Source: the human T2T-CHM13v2.0 reference genome, Homo sapiens
Strand: one strand, 5' to 3'
DNA length: 64,000 bases
NCBI RefSeq assembly: GCF_009914755.1
Contig: NC_060938.1
Shown: positions 54,836-64,000 of the stretch, piece after piece
Layout: each line of letters starts with the position of its first letter
How positions within the stretch are numbered: the first letter of the stretch is position 1
Notes under the pieces: generated by a model
The model's database searches: none
Seen by the model: only the letters and a program-made list of their open reading frames with translations
Told to the model about the DNA's origin: nothing
Made by a program: the position numbers and the translations under genes

Positions 54836-55065
54836 TTCAGAAATGGCCGAGAGGATGTGGTCAGTGCCAGAGCCAGACAGGCACAGCTTCCCAGGAGACT
54901 GAAGGCTCCATGGAGCAGGGCCTGGTGCCTCTGCTCAGCTCCAGGGGGCTGTGGGCACAGAGCCCAAAGGGCATTCTTAAAGGGCCAGCTCTCTGAGGTC
55001 ATCTGTGGTCCTGAGGCCTCCAACCAATAAGGTAAGGAGATCATTTGCATATCTTATTGGCCTGG
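54836..55065 (-). promoter_or_regulatory. NRL non-coding exon 1 and proximal promoter
   Basis: Donor gaa|gtgagt at 54836; TATA-like tttaagaat (54973-54981); CCAAT boxes at 55024-55028 and 55056-55060 flanking an octamer ATTTGCAT (55043-55050). Confidence 0.72.
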
Positions 55066-55539
55066 GGTTGGGGGAAATGGAGAGAGAGGAGAGTACAAGT
55101 GTGCTTATTCTCAAAGAAGGAAAGGGAGCATCTTCCCCAACAAAGCTCCTCACTGATGATCCGACTCCCAAGTGCTCAGTTTCCCAGTTCGGACAGAAAC
55201 ATGGGTCTGAACCACCACCCCTCTATGTGAACACAACCCTCAGCCCTAGCCATGCATAGCCTGGGATTGGAAAAAGAGGACCAGACAAACTCCCAGCACC
55301 CCCACCTTCCAAGGCCCTGCAGCCCCTCATCTGTCTTTGGAGACTATAAGCTCTCCCACGCCCACTCTCACCGGGCCTTTTGGATCTGTTTCCTATTTTC
55401 AAGAATCCTCACATTTCTACCTCTGCCCCATCTTCATGCTGACTGGTCTTATGCCCCTCATAGCCGTCGCATCAGAAAGGAAAGCAACTTTTCCCACAGG
55501 GGATCTCCAGGACTTGACCACCATATTTTGTCTCTCCCA

Positions 55540-55795
55540 TTCTTGCTAATCCAGCTTGGGAGAAAGAGTAGGAAAAAAGAGAACAGGGAACTCTGTTCCT
55601 TCCTTCTGGGCCTCAAGGGACATTGAAATCTAATCACCACCAGTCCGTCGGAGACACTTTTGTAACTGGCCTCATATGCCCTCTGCTTTCTCTCACCTTT
55701 TCCCTGTGTGTGTCTCTGCCCCTCTCTCCTCTCTCACTCATTCTAGTTCCCAGATGGCTGAGGGGTGACCTACATTTTCAGCCTAATCCCCTAAC
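55540..55795 (-). promoter_or_regulatory. NRL upstream photoreceptor enhancer (RORE plus CRX/OTX2 sites)
   Basis: Consensus RORE AAAATGTAGGTCA (minus strand, 55766-55778) next to CTAATCCC (55783-55790); further TAATCC/TAATCA at ~55547 and ~55631. Consistent with known RORbeta/CRX/OTX2 control of NRL. Confidence 0.75.
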
Positions 55796-56079
55796 ACCTC
55801 TTAGAGCTATCATCCCTGAGTAGGAGTGGGAACAGGGATACTAGGAATTATCCAAGGAGATGTTTAAACCTGTCCGAAGCTGTTTAAATAGGGTCTATGG
55901 AGTTAAAGGCCACTTCCTACCTTCTGAGGCCACCCAAATACTCCCATGGGGTTAATAGTTCCTCTTTCTCAACACAGAGGCCTGGGTGTCCATCAGACCC
56001 CAAAGGTCATCACTTATAAAACTTAACCTGGTCCCAGCCTTATATGTTGGGGAAAAGCTGGCAGATACAGATTATCTAA

Positions 56080-56681
<602 letters not shown>

Positions 56682-58110
56682 CTAGATCAGATGACATCAC
56701 TCTCTTCCCACACCTGGGTTTCTGTTTTAAGGAGCAGAAACCATCGTCACCATTCAAGCTTCTCTGTGTGACTGCCTGGATCTACTGCTGTTTTCTCAAA
56801 AGAATAAAAAAGCCTAAGGCCTAGGAACCAACCACAAAATGGGAATGAGGATCATGGAGAGGCAGGACCCCACACACATGCCCATGGAATGTAGCTCTCC
56901 AAAGTGGACACCCAGGAAAGAGACTCTACAATTTCCCTGGTTGAAGAAGGAATGGGAAGTGTTGAGTGCAGCCCCTTTTTCATGCCTGCTCTGGCCTGGC
57001 CAGACACTTGCCCCCAACCAGCAGCTGTCAGGTCTGCACTGATCCTCTTGTTTACTGGAGGGCTCAAAGGAGAGGTGGGAGGGCTAAGCTGCTAACGGGC
57101 TAAGGGAGTCAGACTAAACAAGCTCAGGCGAGTTGAGCTGCTTGGGGCTCAGACCAGGCACCACTAAACCAGGGAAAGGAGCTGGGGGAGTGAGGGTTGG
57201 GCCCAGTCTGGGCCAGAGGAAAGGACCAAGGGCACAGAGAGGAGAGTCTGTGGCAGTCAGTGGGGACCCAGAAAGCAGAGCCCATCTCCCATATCCACTG
57301 GAGACTGAGAAATGAATACTGAGACTAATGGGCTCAAGGACATCTAGGGATGAAAAAGATGAAGCCAGTGTGACTCCAGGAATAATAGAACAGAGGAAGG
57401 AGACTAAGGAGGCAGTAGGTGTAGATGTGAGATAGAGGACAGGACAAGTCAGGGTCTCCATGGGGATTTGGATTAAAGGAGACAGAAAGATGTAGGCACA
57501 TGGACGAGATGGATAAAGAAAGGAAGTCTTCCAGGAGAGGACCAAGAAGGGAGTAGGGGACAACAAGGACTAGAACAGTAAGAGTGGTAGAAGGAAGGGA
57601 CAGGACATAAGATTGGGGACCAAGACCTAGACACCAATACAAAGAAATAGACACATAGGCCACAGAGGAAGAGCAGTGGCCAAAGGACAGAAAGGTAGCA
57701 AGATATGGATGGAGTGATATTGGACCATGGGGAAAGAGGGGCAGGCAGGCAAAGGGCCTGCAGGAGTGGGGTAGAAAATGAAGAGGAAGGAGAGAAAATG
57801 AGACAGTCAGCATTCCAGGATGCTACCTCCTCTCCTCTGTCCTGCACTCTCATTTTTGGAACCCTGAAAGACTGGTTCTCATTCCTACTTCTGGCTCATG
57901 GTATCTAGATCTTCAGTAATAGATCCAAATCCTCAACCTCTTCTTGGTGTACCTCCTACATTCTTTTGAAAAATGCATATTAAACACCTATTCTGCACCA
58001 CATCCTGAGTAAGGCATTAGCGACCCCTCAGTAACTTACACTAATACCAGCCCTGACTTCAAGAAACTTACAGACTGATGAAACAGAGAAACATCAAATT
58101 ATTGCCCTTT

Positions 58111-58363
58111 GGCTGGGTGCAGAGGCTCATGCCTGTAATCCTAGCACTTTGGAAGGCCAAGATGGGTGGATCGCTTGAGCCCAGAAGTTCGACACCAGCC
58201 TGGGCAACATGGCAAAACCCTGTCTCTACTAAAAATACAAAAACTGAGGTGGGAGGATCAGGAGCCTGGGGAGGATGAGGGTGCAGTGGGCCATGATGGT
58301 GCCACTGCACTCTAGCTTTGGAGACAGAAAGAAACCCTGTCTCAAAAAAAAAATAATAAATAA
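58111..58363 (+). mobile_element. Alu (AluJ-like, internal deletion)
   Basis: Linker joins directly to ctgaggtgggaggatc; A-rich tail. Confidence 0.85.
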
Positions 58364-58968
58364 ATTATTGTCCTTAGGCCCAGGCAGGAGTGGCCCCTGC
58401 CCTGGGCCCTGTGCTTTAGAAGGCTCCACTCTGGCCTCCTCTGGCTATGTCCCACCACATGGGTGAGGAGTCCAACTATCCTCTGCCCATACCTTAATCC
58501 TCTCAGGACCACACTCCAGATAGCTAAGCATTCCCTGTCCAAAAGGCCCAAGCCCACTCCTAGGGCCCACGTGAACCTCTTCCCTGGGTTTGCCCTCCCA
58601 CGGCTGGGCCACATGACTGGTTCACACATTCTGAGGTCAAAGGGTAGACAAGGGGTAGCTGCTTGCAGGAGACTGTGGACAGACTTGGGATGGCCTGATG
58701 GGAGGTCCACATGGTTCCACACAAGGCCCCTTGCAGTCCAAGATGGTGTCAGGGGTAGGAGGCAAAGTGGGCCCAGCTGAGGGCCAGTGGCCAAAACTAC
58801 ATCCCCCTACACCATCACATTCTGGTGCAGAACCCTGAGGATTCCAAATAAAATACAAATCTGAACCTGGCCTTCCAGGCCATTGTGAAGTATGTATTTG
58901 TCAATATATTTGTCAAGGTAGAAGAACAGAATATATTTTGTGTAACAGTTTGTTAGCCTGAATTATAC

Positions 58969-59862
<894 letters not shown>

Positions 59863-59989
59863 CATTTTAAATATTTAAACACAAGGTTTGAGGGCCTCTA
59901 TTTGTACTCCTGCCGCAGGTCCTACATATGTTAGAGATGTGTCTACATAAAAACAAACCATTTAAACAGAGATGAATGTGCTAAGAAGA

Positions 59990-60500
59990 AGAAGGGCAGG
60001 GTGCTATGAAATTTTCTTCCACGAAGACATACTCTAATACAAAGCCAGAGGGGATGCATCACAGGGACAGGTTGCCTAAGAAAGTCATGCTAAACCAAGA
60101 CTGGTCAGGTGAATAAGAAGTGACCCTGCCTGGAGGTGTGGACAGGGTGGGAATTCCAGGCGGCAGAAACAACATATGCAAAGGTTGTGAGGCAGGAAAG
60201 ATGTAGACATGTTCACAAAACTGAGAAAAGATCCACGTAGCCAGAGAGTAGAAAGCCTGGAAGGTGGGAAGAACAGTGATAGCTGAGGCTGGAGAAGTCA
60301 GCAGGGGCCAGATCATGCAGAGCCTGGGAGGTCACATTAAGGGTTTGGGCTTTATTCTAAGAGCAGGGAGAAGCTACTGAAGGGTTTTCAGTAGAGACAT
60401 GATGTGATCAGATTTGTGTTCGGAAGGATCACGTATGTCAGCACTTTGTGTTTGTGGAGGAAGGCAACAATGAAATAAGAGTCAGATTAGAGGACTAATG
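59990..60500 (-). mobile_element. L2 fragment
   Basis: gggccagatcatgcagagcctgggaggtcacattaagggtttgggctttattctaag...tgatcagatttgtgtt is typical antisense L2. Confidence 0.7.
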
Positions 60501-60524
60501 CCGTAACCAAGTTGAGCCTGAGGA

Positions 60525-60950
60525 ATATTTGCAACTGGAAGCACACTCTGAGACAGAAACTTGTGTGCAGGTGGTTTACTCGGGGGGGGGGGGGGGGCAC
60601 GGGGGGGGACTTTCAAAGAAAGAGTAGCAGGACCCAAGAGAGGGAACAGTTGAATGGCACTGCAGTTGTAATCAGCTGAGCCTAAAGAGCTCTGGGGCTG
60701 GGATGGACCTTCAGAGTTGTCCCAAACTGAGACAAAGGGCTAGGCCTCTGTACTTTATAACAACCATTCATTGGATACATACTGCCCCCAGGAAGCGGGC
60801 ATTGCATTTGGTGAGACAGCTCCCTTTGGCCACAGATAGTGCTCAAGGAAGTACTCAGCTGTGAGCTATCAGCAGCCAACACTCAGCAGCTGGAACAATG
60901 AGCATCATGATCCTGAAGCGGGAATCTGGGCTACACACCACAGCATCACT
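60525..60950. mobile_element. Old ERVL-group LTR-like element containing a poly-G tract
   Basis: gaagcacactctgagacagaaacttgtgtgcaggtggttta...agagctctggggctgggatggaccttcagagttgtcccaaa; subfamily uncertain. Confidence 0.55.
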
Positions 60951-61403
60951 ACTCGGGCTGTGAGACTTCAGGGATGAACCCAGAGGCCCCAGAGAGGACA
61001 ATGCAGATCACACTCTGCCCCCTGGTGGTACTCCTTGGACATAGGGCCAGCTGGTGGGCCAGGCTCTCCCGGCAGGGAACTAAAGAAAAGTGTGTGGCAG
61101 ATAAGGGGAAATGAGCAGTGCAAGGAAATCTGCACGTGAGCCCCTTGCTCCATCTGCCTAAAGCTAGAGAAGAAAGTAATGGTGGGGAAGAAGAATTCAG
61201 AAACGTGGCACTCATTCATTCTTTTATTCAACCAACTTTTATTAAGTGCCTGTTATAGGCCAGGTACTGCTGGGAACTAGGAGAAAAACAAGACTGAAAT
61301 CATCACTCTAGTGAGGATTACAGAGATATAAAAGTAACTACAGTATAGTAAAGTACAAAAATATAGGCATATACATGGGATAGAAGCAACACAGATGAAA
61401 TAG

Positions 61404-61800
<397 letters not shown>

Positions 61801-62010
61801 TAAATAGGAGTCAGATTATGAAGGACATAAGATATCATGTGATGGAAAGAGCCTGGAAGAGATTTTAAGCTTAAGAGTGATATGATCTAATTTTTAATGG
61901 TAAATCAAGGGGACAGTATAGGATTTATAGGGAGAGGGGGACTTGGTAATTAGAGTCAGAAAGATATGGATTCAGATTCCATTTCTCCTGCTAACCATTT
62001 GTGTGACTTT

Positions 62011-62346
62011 GAGCAAATGACTCTTTTTTTTTTCAATATACACAAAGCAATTTTATTTGTATGTACTTGTGGTAAACAATTAGAACATTTCATTCATAAT
62101 AGGATAAAAGTATAAAATATTCATGAATAATTTTTTTTCAGAACAGGAATGGAAGTTTATTAAAAAGCTTTAGAGCAGGAATGAAAGAAAGGAAAGTACA
62201 CTTGGAAGAGGCCCAAGCAGGCATCTTGGAGGTCAAGTGCGGCATTTGACCTTTGATTTAGGGTGTTATATGTTGGCATACTTCTGGGGTCCTGCCTCCC
62301 TTTTTCCTTGATTCTTCCCTTAGGGTGACCGAGCAAATGACTCTTT
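62011..62346 (-). mobile_element. TSD-flanked retro-insert (ERV1-type LTR fragment plus unique flank, two A tracts) inside a MIR
   Basis: 16-bp direct repeat gagcaaatgactcttt at 62011-62026 and 62331-62346; T10 at 62024-62033; T8 at 62131-62138. Confidence 0.8.
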
Positions 62347-63064
62347 AAGCCTGTGTCCACATATGTAAAATATAGTTGTGAAACAGAATGAGATTATGCA
62401 TGCAGAGTTGCTGACACAGAGCCTGGCACCTACTGTCCATAGCATAAACATTATTCTTCTCTCTTAACTTTCCAAGTGGATTTGCATGCACAGTGTGGGG
62501 AGTGGCTTGGTAGGGAGAGGGGTTGGTGTTTGGAGAGGCAGGAGTCCAAGAAGTGCCTTAGAAGCTATCACCTGAAGCCAGGTGAGAGATAAGCCCTGAA
62601 CTAAGGCCCTGGCCATGGGGATAGTTGCAGACTTGAGGGCTAATTGAGAAGTACAATTCCAAAGGTCCTGGCATCTGATTAGCTATGCAGGATAAGAATA
62701 GTCTAGACTGATTCCCTTTGGGGCAACTGGCCAGATGATGGTGCCATTTGCTGAGGTAGGAAACCATGAGAGCAGGTGCAGGATTATGGAGAAGATGATG
62801 ACCTTCAGGTCAACCATGCTGCCACCAGTGTGCACACCTTTAGGCCCAAAGGTTGGCCAAGAGGTATGTGTTTGCAGCTGGGTAAGTGTGGACAGAGTTT
62901 GGATCTATGAACTGGGGGGAAAGAGATCCAAATACATATACCTGAGGTTGAGTGTAGGCTAGAGCCTGAGGGGGAAGAGACGGGGACCAGTAGCAAGCCC
63001 GTGGCTGGAGACCAGCTCTCCTTATCCCACTATGTTCCAGCATAGAACTCCAAGAAATCTGAGA

Positions 63065-63530
63065 ATCAAGACTGTTTCTGTTGCAAGTGGCAGAACTCCA
63101 ATTAAAATTAGCTTGAGCAAGAGAAGAAATGCATCAATTCCTGTAACTGAAATCAGGAATCCATTGCTCGCCATCTCCCTGCTCTGCTTCCTCTAGGCTG
63201 GCTTCTGTCTCAGCCAGGTTCCTGCTTTGCAGTGCCAAGCTAACACTCAGCAGCTCCAGGCTTATATTCTACCAGCTCAGCAACTCAGCAGAAAGAGAGC
63301 TAACTTCCAAAGTTTTAGAAAAAGTCCCAGAGAGGGATCTCATGCCCATCCTTGAACATCCTTGATTGCTGTGGCCAGAGTGAGGAACACAAAAGTTGGC
63401 TAAGCTGCAAGCCTACCCCCAAGAGGGGTGACATCAGACCCACATGACAATACAGACTGAGGAGATGGTTCCCCAAAAGAAAATCAGGGTGCTATTACCA
63501 GAAAAGGCGAGTGGATGCTGAGCAGACACC
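63065..63530. mobile_element. MLT1-type MaLR LTR
   Basis: gttgcaagtggcagaactccaattaaaattagcttgagcaa...aaatcagggtgctattaccagaaaaggcgagtggatgctgagcag. Confidence 0.65.
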
Positions 63531-63649
63531 CATCATAGATATGCTGAGTTTGAGGTGCTATATAGCATTGTGGGTGATATCCAGTGGTCTCAGGTTGGAG
63601 AGAGATGTCCCAATGGAGGTATAGCTTGAGAAATCACCTGAGGACTTTA

Positions 63650-64000
<351 letters not shown>

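Noticed and set aside
57300-57810. Purine-rich strand-biased tract with 126-159 aa minus-strand ORFs
   Set aside because: Compositional bias gives Ser/Leu/Pro-rich stop-poor frames; no repeat unit, splice structure or domain seen.

Overview
Human (primate) genomic DNA that I recognise as the 14q11.2 gene cluster. Left to right: two stacked L1 3' ends, Alus and a solo ERV LTR; DHRS4L1 (+), a DHRS4 paralogue with a broken exon 3; CARMIL3/LRRC16B (+), 40 coding exons that I spliced by hand to 4119 nt = 1372 aa; CPNE6 (+), 15 coding exons, 1674 nt = 557 aa; NRL (-), 2 coding exons, 714 nt = 237 aa, with its photoreceptor promoter/enhancer; then a repeat-rich tail. I see no foreign, prokaryotic or wholly new gene system. 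Best leads: (1) DHRS4L1 keeps a fully open 244-aa, PTS1-ending reading frame if its damaged exon 3 is skipped; (2) a TSD-flanked, double-poly(A) LTR-plus-flank retro-insert at 62.0-62.3 kb; (3) a candidate spliced antisense RNA from the duplicated DHRS4-type promoter; (4) uORFs in CARMIL3 and NRL; (5) splice oddities in CARMIL3 and CPNE6. Gene and repeat-family names come from my recall of these sequences, not from a database search. Repeat boundaries are approximate unless a TSD is quoted.
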